The translations under genes and the position numbers were made by a program. Of a DNA stretch of 64,000 nt, positions 26,669 through 40,200 are shown piece after piece. The notes beneath the pieces are model-generated. The model was not told where the DNA came from. It saw only the letters and a program-made list of their open reading frames with translations, and made no database searches. The stretch's first letter is position 1, and each line of letters begins with the position of its first letter. This DNA is from Octopus sinensis (Eukaryota): positions 103,602,001-103,666,000 of the forward strand of contig NC_042997.1 of assembly GCF_006345805.1 (NCBI RefSeq), in the 5' to 3' direction.

Positions 26669-26844
26669 TTGTCTGTCTGTCTGTCTATCTATCTATCCAT
26701 CAGTCTATCTTTCTATTTATCTCTGTATTAAGTTATGAGAACAAAAAGAAAGACAGTACGGGATGTCAAGTTTTGACAAATATTATATTAGCTTAATGTT
26801 TAAAAAGACGGGAAAGATTTTTGATGCTTTGGGTGCTAAGAGTA

Positions 26845-27040
26845 AAAGGTAAAGACCTCTTCATTCATGAAGTCAAGGGCAAGGTTGTTTATGCATACCA
26901 GCCTCCCTTCCCCATGCCACTGATGTTATCCAAGGGAAAAGCAAAGACCGATAAAGGAACACTTCACACTGCTCGGTCCAGGAATCGAACTCACTTTCTC
27001 AAGATTGTGAGCCCGACGCTCTAACCACTGAGCCCTACAC
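26845..27040 (-). mobile_element. SINE family B, internally deleted
   Basis: Head and tail segments present, core mostly lost. Another head at about 27410-27510. Confidence 0.65.
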
Positions 27041-27585
27041 CAAAAATAAAAGAAATATAAATGGTGGCTAGAAAACAAAGGTTAGGGACCAGCTTGGGAT
27101 TAGGTTGTAGAGGGGATTAGGAAGAGAGGAGGAAGTGGATGGAGTGAGCAGGTATAGGAGGGAATGTATAGAGATATAACTACAAGGGAGGTGTGTGTGT
27201 ACGTGTGTGATATTAAGGAGCGCATGTGGTTCCTTGATCTGTGAGTAAGTATGTTGTGTGCAAGTATGTTAGCATAATGGCATATAGTTTATAGTCGTCA
27301 AATGTTGGTGGTGTATATATGCTCTTTCTTGCCATCAAATAGGTGCTGCATGAACAGATGTACGGTGAACTATATGTCAGGTGTCGGAGTGATCGCAGAG
27401 CCACGTTAGATGAAGCGTTTTGTTCAAGAACACAACGCACCACTTGGTCCAGGAATTGAAACCACGATCTCGCGTTCATGCGAGCAACACCCTAACCACT
27501 AAGCTATGCTCCCCACCACATTATACATACACACACACATATATATGTACATACACACACATATATGTACTTATATAATATATAT

Positions 27586-27616
<31 letters not shown>

Positions 27617-27776
27617 AAATAAAATACAAAATGGGACAAGAACGCAAAACATCCGGACAACTAGGTGATACAAAAAGGGACAACAAAACATCTAGATAAA
27701 CGATACAAAAACATATATACATGTATATATGTATATATATGCTTATCTGTATGCTTGTCTGTATGCATATATATAT

Positions 27777-27846
<70 letters not shown>

Positions 27847-27882
27847 CATACATACATACTACATACATACATACATACTACA

Positions 27883-27913
<31 letters not shown>

Positions 27914-28224
27914 CATTGCTATCGTGCAAAAGTGTCATAAGTCCAAAACGTTGCTTTTTCAGAAAACAAAAAAAAAATAGTTTCTCCATTCCATTTCTTT
28001 TTACGTTAGAAACAGTTTCAGCTTAACAATAATACTTTTTTAGGTGTATAAAATCTTAACTCCATGCATGTATGATATTATGAGTCAGAAATATGTTTGC
28101 AAAACTGTCGTATGTCGGACTTGTTATACTTTTGAGAAATGCTAAACTGTTGTACAACACTTGGACTATTTTCATCTGAAGAAGCTGGAGATACGATAGT
28201 TTGACCAAAAACTACCGGCTATTG

Positions 28225-28457
28225 CAAGCAAAATTAAATATTCTTTTCTACTCTAGGTACAAATCCGGAAGTTTTTGTGAAGGAGGCCTGTCGATTAGAT
28301 CGACCCTAGTACGCAACCGTTACTTAATATATCGACTCCGAAAGGATGAAAGACAAAGTCGACCTCGGCGGAATTTGAACTCAGAACGTAAAGACAGACG
28401 AAATGCCGCTAAGCATTTCGCCCGATGCGTTAACCTTTCTGCCAGCGCGCCGCCTTA
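28225..28457 (-). mobile_element. SINE family C (tRNA head plus Meta-like core)
   Basis: Reverse complement GGCGGCGCGCTGGCAGAAAGGTTAACGCATCGGGCG...GCCGAGGTCGACTTTGTCTTTCATCCTTTCGG. The domain name is from recollection. Confidence 0.8.
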
Positions 28458-29463
28458 GTAAAATTAAATATTGAAAAAAAGAAAAATAAACGCATTTGGC
28501 CGAATTTGGACATACAACAGTTTAACATAATAGCAACGATATACATGTGTGTGTGTATAGAGGTGTGTGTACGTGAGTGCGTGCGTGTGTGTGAGTTAGT
28601 GAGTATGTGTGTAAGCGTGTGCATGTAGGCAAAAACACGTATGCGTGCATTTGCATTGCATTGTCTATCGATTGAATATCCGTCGTTAACATGTTTCGAA
28701 CTGGAAAATGTATACAACAATATACAAATAAAACGTATTTCCTAGAAATCTTTGTACATCATGGTGTGCTAAATTTTTTTTTATATACGAAAATGAATAC
28801 TTTCAGTGAATGTACAGTGTTTTTGTGTCAAAGTGTGCATGTACAGGTGTAAAGGAGGTGTACAGTTGTTGTGTACGCGGGGGCTGAGAATCTATATTAC
28901 AAGGATAAAAATCATGTCCCGTTTATATATGGTGAGCTTCTAAACTGATAAATACATTGCTATAGATGGCTGTTTCCTTTTAGAGATACATATATACATA
29001 GTTTATATATATGCAAGCGTACGTACATGCATACATACTTACACATACAAATGTACGTACATACATACGGATATATACGTAGGTCCGTACCTACCTAGCT
29101 ACCTAGCTACCTACCTACATACATACATACATTCCTTACATACATATGCGTAAGCACAGTCATATATTAACACACGCACACACTCACACACACACATATA
29201 TACATGTGAGTGTGTATATATATGTCTGTGTATATGTGTATGTATTTATACACATATATATTTATGTGTATGTATGTTTATATATGTATATGTATGTATA
29301 TAACTACACACAAACACACATATATATTTAATGTATACACTGATATATATATGTATATATATAGGTATACATACACACACACTCATATATATATATATAT
29401 ATGTGCATTCTTTTATATACGCGCGCACGCGCACACACATGTATGTATATAAGTATATATGTA

Positions 29464-29523
<60 letters not shown>

Positions 29524-30135
29524 CGTTGACACTTAGATAATATAAACCTTTTTCAAGAATAAGCATTTCTAAAAGATATTCATGTATACACATACGTATA
29601 TTATCTGTATGAGGGTGGTTTAATGAAACCGTGTGTGTGTCTGTGAGTGTGTGTGTGTATGTGTGTGTGTGTGTGTGCGTGTGTGTGTGTGTGTGCGTGT
29701 GTGTGTGTGTTACTGTATACATTTTCATCCCCTCTTAAACGTTTATCTCCGTGTTATGAACTAATGTTTTAGCATATGTATATAAGCCAGTGCATGTGTA
29801 TACATATGTTTGGGGGGAAATGTCCATCTATGTGTGATACTGAGTGCAGTTGTGTGCATTTGTGTTTGTGTTTGTGCTTGCGTATGTAATTACTCGGGTA
29901 TTTTATGTAGATGTACGAATTTGCTCGCAAAGGATATTACTTAAGTTTAGAAATCGATACCAGGCTACTCAGATTAGTTACTGTTCAAGTATGTAAGCAA
30001 GTGAAAGTACATACACACATACATACATACATGTATTCATGCATGCATCCATCCGTCCATACATGTATATACACATTCATGCATACATATATATGTATAC
30101 ATATAAACACATGTTGGTATATATACACATGTTAG

Positions 30136-30170
<35 letters not shown>

Positions 30171-30265
30171 ATATATACATTTATACATACATATACACAT
30201 ATGGTGATACATGTACATATATGTATATATGTATATACATACATTGCATACATGTAAACATGTTG

Positions 30266-30335
<70 letters not shown>

Positions 30336-30454
30336 GAAATTCGGGGTGAGTACTTGATAATTATAAGCACCTGTGTATACCGTTTGGTGGTGTAGGTGGT
30401 GGAGTAAATTGATCAAAATAAAAATAAAAATAAAAACATGAGGCGAAGGATTCA

Positions 30455-30532
30455 GCGGTACATATGTTTCGGGCCTTTATTAGACAGATTCATAACAAAT
30501 CATAATGTATGTCTGTGGCCTTCTTCAGCCGC
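30455..30532 (-). ncRNA. Type-I hammerhead ribozyme, intact core
   Basis: Mirror image of 30765-30842. Confidence 0.8.
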
Positions 30533-30764
30533 GCACAACAGCTTCCACAAGGACATGTGTTACTTCCGAAATTCTTGGTTGGGGATGCAAATCTTCTCGT
30601 TCCCGTACGACATAATGCGGCAGCAGCATCGAATTCAATCGAGGAAAGAGATGGACGATTGAATTCGATGCTGCTGCCGCATTATGTCGTACGGGAACGA
30701 GAAGATTTGCATCCCCAACCAAGAATTTCGGAAGTAACACATGTCCTTGTGGAAGCTGTTGTGC

Positions 30765-30842
30765 GCGGCTGAAGAAGGCCACAGACATACATTATGATTT
30801 GTTATGAATCTGTCTAATAAAGGCCCGAAACATATGTACCGC
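30765..30842 (+). ncRNA. Type-I hammerhead ribozyme, intact core
   Basis: GCGG CTGAAGA A GGCC [ACAGA..TCTGT extension] GGCC C GAAAC ATAT GTA CCGC. Stem I GCGG/CCGC, palindromic stem III ACATATGT, predicted cleavage after A30838. Confidence 0.8.
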
Positions 30843-31945
30843 TGAATCCTTCGCCTCATGTTTTTATTTTTATTTTTATTTTGATCAATTTATATATGTA
30901 TATATGTATATAAATATATATATGTATATATATTTATATGTATGTATATATATATATGCGTATGTATGTATATTTATACATACAGACATATGTTCACACA
31001 AACATATGTATATACATACAAACATAGAAATACATGTACATAACATAAATATCTACGTGTGGATGTGTTTATGAGTGTGTGTATCCATATAATTTGTATT
31101 CAATCTGATATCTCTACGGCTTAACGTCTTTCTCTAAGTTTTCAACATCTATTCACACAAATTTTGGATGTTCCTGTCGACGAATTTGAATGCGTTGCTA
31201 ACACTAATGTTCCCTTTGCTTCCATTCCCGATTATAATATCATAGGAATGCAATGTTACTGATCATGTTACTACCACTGCTGCTGATGCTACTGCTGTTC
31301 TTATAATGCATTCAGATTGGCTTGTGAGCGCTGTCAATAAAATGTACTGATGCGTTTAGTGTATATCGACCGCAAAGTAAAACCAAATGATTTGAATCGA
31401 TCTATTGTATTTGCACGACTATCGACTTGCTTAACAGCACATTTAGCTCGGTTGCGTGTGTATTTATGTAAAAATATGTGTATATACGTGTGTATTAAAT
31501 TGCGTGCGTGTGTAAGTGTTTCAAAGTGTCTACTTGAAATGGTAAATGAACCTGAATATGCGTATATGGGTGCGTACGGTTGTTAGGACATATGAATATC
31601 ACAGTATATGTCCGTGCGTTTACTGTTGTACAGTTATGTGCAGTTTTTTTTCCCTGCGTGAATATAAATGCGAGGGACGAAAGAGTAAAAGAAACAAGAA
31701 AAGGGAGTGGGAAATAAAATAGATAGTTGGACAGAGAATTATAGATAAATACATAGAAAGTAACAAAAACCGAAACATTTATAACAGCAAACATTCAGCA
31801 CAAATGCACAATGGAGAAAGCAGGTTCCGTGATAAACGTACGAGGGTAAGTGCAATAGAAAAAAGTACGAAAAATAAGATATGTATACATACACACAAAC
31901 ACACACATATACGCAAACACACGCACATGTATATATATATATATA

Positions 31946-32774
31946 CGTGGTCTGACAATAAGTATCCGGGCTGTTGCCATAGTAACGAATCTAAAGAACG
32001 CAGAGTAAATCCGCTTGCCACAGATTGACCATGAAATCTGCTATGCATGCTCACTAACTTTTAACGATCTAACTCACTTCCGCTGTTTGCAGCAGTGCTT
32101 AGAAGGAAGGTGTGTGGCGTGTGATCGTCGCATTGACTATGACAGAAGCTGATCAGAGAATCTGCATCAAATTTTGCCAAAAGCTAGGCGATACCTGCTC
32201 AGAGGCCTACGCAAAGTTTTCAGAAAGTTTCCATCGTTCTCAACACAATGAAGGGGATCTTGTGCAACTGAAACTCGAGTGTCCTTTTGGTCAGCTGAAA
32301 GCAGTGTTGGCATAAACTTGGCAGACACGCTTCTCATATGCAAATCTTCAGTGATAATGGACTAAACTGAACCGTACTAATCTGCACATTCTCTGATAAC
32401 GCACGGATGGTGATACGACGATTTCTTCTCACAACTGTACGCACATCAGCGATGTCTTTCTCACTTCTGCTGGCTGCGGGTTTCCCGGAACATTCGTCAA
32501 TATCGACATTTTTCGGCCATCTTGAAAACGTCTGAACCACTCATACACTTGTGTGCGGCTCATATACTCTTCTCCAAACACTTTCTGCAACTTTGCGTAG
32601 GCCACTAAGTGGGTGTCGCCATGATAACTTTCTCTGTCATGATCAATGCGACGATCACACGCTACACACCTTCCTTCCAAGCACTGTTGTAAACAGCGGA
32701 AGTGAGATAGAACGTTAAAACTTGATGCGTATGCACAACAGAGGTCGAGGTCAATCTCTGCCAAGCAGCTTCAC
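31946..32774. mobile_element. mariner fold-back made of two 5' ends
   Basis: TA|CGTGGTCTGACAATAAGTATCCGG TIR. Plus ATG 32139 MTEADQRICIKFCQKLGDTCSEAYAK. Minus ATG 32640 ...AYAKLQKVFGEEYMSRTQVYEWFRRFQDGRK..., running to about 32223. No catalytic domain. Confidence 0.85.
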
Positions 32775-34570
32775 AAGTTGTGGCAGTGATTATACTTTCA
32801 GTTATAGAATGATGTAGTCTAAGTAAGAATGGCAAATCCTAACATTATATGCATTGACAAATTCTCTGATATTTACGTGCAGTCGGAATCCAGGACCTTG
32901 CACATAGAATGTTCGTTACAATATTTGCAGTGGCATCTAAATTGGCATAGGGGATTAGATTAATTTCGTCTACTGGTTCTCTTTCGTTTTAAGGTGGTTA
33001 ACCGCTCCTCTTACAAATTATTTTTTTTTTACTAAATCTATTCTTTTTACCTTATCTACTAAGGAATAGATTTAGTGAGGTGTAATTTTTGATAAGGTAG
33101 AAGAATGATTGGATTCATTATGGATATATATGTGTATGTGTGTGTATGTGATATAAACACACACACGACTTGTCCTTAGTTAATTTCCTATAAGAATATT
33201 TCTTGTCTTAAGATGTAATCTAATGTAGCGTAATATCTAGAAAATTAATTCAAACTACGTTAAAATTCATAATATGCATAAAAACGGAAGTCTTTTTGCC
33301 ACATAACATTACTGAGAATTTTTAAGCGACTTAATTTTCGTCACTTCCAGCTGATTATATATAAATTGATACCAGGTGATATTTTATTAAACCTATAGTT
33401 TTCATTGGTTAACTTCTAACTACCTTTTTGCTGCAGTGGTGTCTATTGAATACTGTCGTGTCATCGTTTCTCATGAGACAAGTGGATAATCAGAGAATGG
33501 TAAACCGGATGCTTTGATATCAATAAACTTGTAGTGTATGTGAAATGAACTGGTTTTGAGCTAGACATAAAAACCACATTGCAAGTTCTATTGCCATACA
33601 TTGACAATCTCCGTTAACTTTGAAAAGTTTGCAGCAAGACAAATGTTTATTTTATTTGAGTAAGAACATTTCCACAGAAATTTTGTAATCTACGACAATA
33701 ATATATTTCATTATATTTAGAGCAGCAGATGGTAAAATTGGTAGATAATCACGTAAATGCCTTGCAGTTGTCTTTCAACATATAACCTTATGTTCAACAT
33801 TCAAACTCAGCCAAGTAGATTTTGATTTTAATACTCCAGGTATAGATTAAACAAATATGCAGCAATCAAGTACATTGCTTTATTTAAACAATAGTCTCTT
33901 CATAAAATTTGATTTAAAATTTAATAGGCTCGCGTGTATTACCGCGACGATCCTAGAGATGGTGAAAGGAAAAAATTGGTATCTGTAATATCTGAATTAC
34001 AAATATAGTGCGACAAAACTACATACTTCGTCCAATTAACAGCAATTTTTGCCAATTTATTATTCTTAGTATAACTATTTTGAACACCCACCTACCAAAA
34101 AAAAAAAAAACCCAAAAAACAAACTCTCACTCAACTGGGAAATATAAAGTTGGACTGTTACTTGTCATTTTTTAACTGTATCTTATTTTGAATTTACTCT
34201 ACGAAGCCAGCTATGGCTTCCATCTAAAGGTGTAATACTCACAAATTGTTGTCACTCTTATTGTGTCGAGACACAAGACCTCACACTAACCACAATATTT
34301 ATTTTTTCTTCCCAGAAAATCGGCCTCTTGAAATTTTCTATGTGCACGTTTTTAGTAGCCATCAGTCAATATGCAAATTTTTCTAGAGGAACTTTAATCG
34401 CGTCAGTCTCATCAGTCTAGGAGATCCTGCGAAGGCTCAGTGCACAGGTCTAATTCCTGTGAGCATATCACGCGCGCGCGCGCGCGCGTGTGCCTGTATG
34501 CGTGTATATGTGTGTATGTGTATGTGTGTGTACCAGCGTGTGTATGCATATATATATGCATGTATAAATA

Positions 34571-34660
<90 letters not shown>

Positions 34661-34990
34661 ACAAACATACATACATACACATGCATACACAAACACTTGC
34701 ACATAAATATATGTGTGTGTGTGTTTCTGTGGATAGGTGTACAAACACACGCGTGTATGTGTATAATCAAGTGCCAATTTGAAATATTTGTCCGGTCAGC
34801 GCCGATCATATAAAGTCCTATACAGCCTATTACAAACTACATGGAAACATGACATCTTAAGTTGAGTTGTGTTGTCTTATGTTCGGTTGCAAGACAAGCA
34901 ATTAAATGTAACAAAATCTTCGTAAATAAATCAGGTTATTTTAATGTCACGAAACAAGCGCAACAATAACCAGGTGAGAGAGAGAGAGAG

Positions 34991-35064
<74 letters not shown>

Positions 35065-36387
35065 AGCGAGAGAGTGTGATGACAACACAGCTGAGTTTTG
35101 AACTTTTTATGTTGTATCAGTGTGCTCTGGCCAATTCATCGTGTATCAGTCAAACATCCTATCTTGAGGACATTCATTGATAGCCTCTGTTATCACGGCA
35201 TACGAAATTCATTACACGCAACCATCTATTCGTAGATTGTGACAACTTGTCTTTAACCCTTTGTCATTTTGCACTGAAAGCAGATATATATATATATATA
35301 TATATCTATAATTGACTTTATTGTTCAAACATAAAACTATGATAGCGGCCAATGTTTAATAGAAGTATGATACTTTGTTTGCGGTAGGTCTGTCTGATTT
35401 TATGGAAACAAAAATAACAACCATAGGAAAACAAGTATAAACAAAACGAAAAATATATAAACAGGACAATGGTGAATTTGACAAGTTAAGCTATTAATAG
35501 ATTATTTAATATTCAGGTTCAATCATCTTGCTCTCCGAAATTGTTCTTGTTTTCATTTGTTATTTTTTTCCGTATCAGCCATATATATAGATATCTTAGT
35601 ATGTCTTAATACTACCAGCGCAGCCCAGAAGAACAGTATTGCTAACACAAGAACTAATCACAGAAAGCCTTTCTATATCAGTCTCCACTTCGTCAACAAA
35701 CATACGCATAGGCTCACGAAAATTCGTTGTGCGACGAGGTCAAATCGAAAGTCTCGCCAAAATGGGTTCTTTTAAAATGGGAGAAACATAAAAGAAGAGA
35801 AATACAATAAACCAAAAATAACAATAATAAATAGAAGGCAGTGGTAATAAATAGATAAATTGTCATCGCAGAAAAAAAAAAGAATAGGTTGGATAACAAG
35901 ACATAGAATCTGACAATTACACATACCCACAACACAATTACAACCTCCATGACTAACATCACCCCACTACCACCACCACTACTATTAAAAATACCATATC
36001 TTCTCTAGAATTACTATTGCTTAACCATTTTCTCACACCATTTCCAATGAAGGGATATATAAAATATCCCGGAAACAGCTGCAAGACCTTCTTTTTATAA
36101 ATGTTTGGAAATCTTTCAGAGCCTTGGATTTTATCTCATTCTGTTAATTTTTTATATATATATGCATGCTGATATATGACCTACGTTGGACTCCTCATTC
36201 GCATAATCACCGAACCTGGAGCGTAACGATAGTCTGTCTATAGCACTTACTCAGCATTACCTGACACCTTTGAGTCTTCTTGACACCATTACTTTTCTCT
36301 CTCTCTCTCTCTCTCTCTGCCTCTCTCTCTCTCTCTGCCTCTCTCTCTCTCTGCCTCTCCTCTCTCTCTCTCTCTCTCTCCCTATAT

Positions 36388-36427
<40 letters not shown>

Positions 36428-36728
36428 CTAGTATTATAACCCGATTTCATTCGGGTCTACTCGGGCCACAGATGAGGAATTTTAAAAAAACTGAAAATTT
36501 TATTAAAAATTAAGAAGAAAATGAGGGCAAAAAGCACTCGTTTTTTCACAATGAAAAATCATTTCCTAGTAGCCGGAATTTCGCGACAAAATGTATGTTT
36601 ATTAAGCACAACAACCTGCAGTGCATGCCGCTGGGTATTAAAAGCCACTCGCACAAACCTAGAGGGGCTCTGGGGCCCCTTGAATCAATAAAAATCACTC
36701 TTTTTGCAATATATATATATATAATAGA
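36428..36728 (-). mobile_element. Non-autonomous Helitron, 301 bp
   Basis: Minus: A|TCTATTATATATA...ACCCGA-ATGAAA-TCGGGT hairpin, TATAATA, CTAG|T. Canonical A/T target with no TSD. Confidence 0.75.
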
Positions 36729-37604
36729 TTTTAAAACGAAGGGGAAAATAATCAATGCTTGTTGAGACACATATAGAGAGTTCTTGATTTGCATCTCCAT
36801 TCAAAGTTTTTACGAATTCTTAATTTCTCAAGCGACGCATGTTGTCATAAGAACTCTCATATTATTGAAGTCCGACACATTCTAGCAAGCTTACATGCAC
36901 ACACACACACACACACACATACGCTTGTGTGTATATAAGAATATGAATGATATTTTCTATATAAACATTTACATATTTAATGTTCGTATATTTTATCTGA
37001 GTTCGGAGGTTGTACACGCGCGTGAGTATGTAAGCTATTTGAAAAATTTCCCCTTCGTTTAAAATTTGAAATAGTTAAAACTAATCAAAAAATTTCAAAT
37101 TAATTATATCCAACATAATGAAAAGTTCAGAATCTTGCCGGAAGTATAGAAGTCATACATGATTTTGTACAGCGTCATTTCGTCAAACAGACAAAATAAG
37201 AACAGCTATATTCATATTTATCTATGCGAGAAATCAGTTGAAGTGTATACATAGATACATACACATATGCACGCGCGCATAAACATACGCACACGCGCAT
37301 ACATAGATAACGCAATTGCATCTGTTCCCAAATATGATATGCATGAATGTGTGTGTATGTATAGACAAACACACATATATATACATACAAACATGCACGC
37401 TTACTCATCTTCATTCAAACATACACAGGCTCATGTGTATATTTTTGAAGGTATATACTTATATACATACACACACACACATATATATATACATGCACAT
37501 ATATGAGCATACACACGTTTACATATACTCCACATAATGCTTATGTATGTGTCTATATGTACAGACATACATATATGCATATGTGTGTTTATCTGTATTC
37601 ATCC

Positions 37605-37673
<69 letters not shown>

Positions 37674-37783
37674 CCTGTCTACCTGTCTGTCTGTCTGCCT
37701 GCCTGTATGCCTGCCTGCCTGCCTGCCTGCCTGTCTGTCTGTCTGTCTGCCTGCATGCCTGTCTGTATCTCGGTATCTTCCAT

Positions 37784-37867
<84 letters not shown>

Positions 37868-38073
37868 CATTATGTATTTATGTATATTTTTAGTATATTT
37901 AAAAATGCATGATTCATGTCTTCTACACAAACTATCTATAACAATCTAGGCGTAATATATATATATATAAAATATATATTTATACGTTAATATATATAAG
38001 ATATATATATATATATATATACACATGCGTACGTATACATACATATATATATACACACACAGACACACATATA

Positions 38074-38128
<55 letters not shown>

Positions 38129-39162
38129 ATATACGTATATTCATATATATACATAGATACATAACACATATGTGCATATGTACGAAATATGTTTATATGC
38201 ATCCAACATATAAACACGCAGCAACATAGCTATTTCATAATAAGGAACACTCATAGAAACATGCGCAAGCAAACACCCACGTACGCATGTATGTACGCAC
38301 GAGCACATATGTCTCCATAATAAAAAAGCTTTATAATTATTTTTGAAGTAATTTATCATTATGCTCCTGGTATTAATTAAAAGCCAAATATACTAATGAA
38401 TTCAGCGAAGGAAGTAAAAAAAAAAATGATAATAAAAATATATTGCAAAAATAAAAAGAAAGAAGAAATGGTAATAACTTGGAAAGCAATGATTTAAAAA
38501 AGAAAAAGCAACAAGAACAACGTCAACAATAGCAACAGCATCATTATGATAGCGCATTATTAAAATGGAGACTAACAACTGTAACAGCAACAACAACAAC
38601 AACAACAACCACAACAATGGCAAGAACAATTGAAACATTTTCTCATCTTTACAATCGACAGTACATTCGTTCTTCATTACTCATCATTATCATCATCAAA
38701 AACGTCGTCGCCGCCATTAGTCTCATCCTCGTACTAGCGAAATATAATATCATAATAAACATTACCGAACGACTAAAATATCAGAAATGCTTTCCGCTGT
38801 GACAAAATTACCTTATGGGAAGACTTTAGTCAACAGAGAAATACTTTCATTATTTTTAATTTATATATAAGTAATCATTTTGAAAATGTGTTATATGCTG
38901 TACCCGTGTTTGATACTAGATACATTTTATTTTCCTAAAAGCTATATGAGTTGAATAGTGTAACATAATTACTACTAGCAGGTTATTAATTAAAATCTTC
39001 ACGATATGACTTCTCAAAACATTGAGGGAATTGTTATCGCAGAAGCGATCCGAATAATTTCGGTTTACTGACGTCTGAAATAATGAGATTAGATAAACTT
39101 TAGATGTTTCACTTATTATCTCCTCTGTCTCCACTCTCTGTCACTCTCTGTCACTCTCTCTG

Positions 39163-39259
<97 letters not shown>

Positions 39260-39391
39260 GCGTATCTATCTGCGTATCTGTGTATGTGTGAGTGTGCATA
39301 TATATATATATGAAAGAATGAGTAGAGATGGCTTTTTTGAGAGGATAATTTTTATTTTAATCTTAATAATAATGTTTACGGTGAGTTACTC

Positions 39392-39688
39392 TGATATGAG
39401 TTTCAAGCTTCTCGTAGCCGCTTTCAAACTGAAAAATGTGTTTTACTGGTTGTTTAAATAGCAAAAGATTTTTCTTACAAGTATACATACAAAAAGTATA
39501 TACAGAAAGCAGAAAAGAATATAAAAAAAACTATAAAAAAGTATATATTTTTTATATTCTTTTCTCTTTTCTGGGTCTATTTTTTTGTATGTATACTTGT
39601 AAGAACAAATCGTTTGGTATTTAAACAACCAGTAAAACACATATTTCTCAGTTTGAAAACGGCTACGCGGAGCTTGAAACTCATATCA
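39392..39688. repeat. Imperfect fold-back, arms about 140 bp
   Basis: TGATATGAGTTTCAAGCT... pairs with ...AGCTTGAAACTCATATCA, with scattered mismatches. Confidence 0.9.
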
Positions 39689-39810
39689 CCTGCTGTACTC
39701 TTTCGCCACAACTTTCTCTCACTCTTTCTTCTGTTGGCCTGCTCGCTTAGCCAGCGGGGTGGCGTCATTTGAAGGCTAAAACAATGCGAAGCGCATTGTG
39801 ACCAGCGGTG
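39689..39810 (+). mobile_element. SINE family D 3' fragment, tail type 2
   Basis: CTGCTGTACTCTTTCGCCACAACTTTCTCTC...TTGGCCTGCTCGCTTAGCCAGCGGGGTGGCGTC. Confidence 0.75.
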
Positions 39811-39890
39811 ATATATATATGTATGTATTATATATCAAGTCAAGTCAGAGGTTGAGACCTGTTACTTGGGGCATGCAAAACATTACTCCT

Positions 39891-40200
39891 GCTCCATGGC
39901 CGAGTGGTCGGTGACTAAACTGGCTTGCTTCTCTTGCGAGGAGGGTGACTGGACACCCAGCAGCATTAAGAACAATACCTGTAGACAATCGAAGGGCGGC
40001 TAACCGCCTTGTGGGCCAACGGGTATCCATATGGGGAAGGCAATGGCAAATCACCCTACTACATCTGCTGAAAAAACTCTATCAGAAAGTTAGAACGAAG
40101 TAACTCTGTTACTTCACACGATGGTAAGACTTCCGTTGTAGTGTCGTGAACGCGCTTGTAAGAGGGCGATCCAAGAGGACGATTCGAGAGGACCCCAGAC
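39891..40200 (+). mobile_element. Possible SINE with RTE/BovB-type segment
   Basis: A-box TGGCCGAGTGG at the 5' end. GGGGAAGGCAATGGCAAATCACC at 40033-40055 resembles the RTE/BovB-derived GAAGGCAATGGCAAACCAC motif. B-box unclear. Confidence 0.4.

Larger units (their letters stand above)
30405..30892. repeat. Perfect 488-bp palindrome (237-bp arms, 14-nt loop)
   Basis: 30405-30641 is the exact reverse complement of 30656-30892. The ORF track gives identical peptides on both strands (30438+ and 30859-). Confidence 0.97.

Noticed and set aside
27630-27715. Short cassette with an internal GGGACAA..AAAACATC repeat between TA arrays
   Set aside because: Probably another pLTR fragment, but no ribozyme or termini are visible to support a call.
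30438-30859. Four ORFs with identical peptides on both strands
   Set aside because: A consequence of the palindrome; no recognisable protein.
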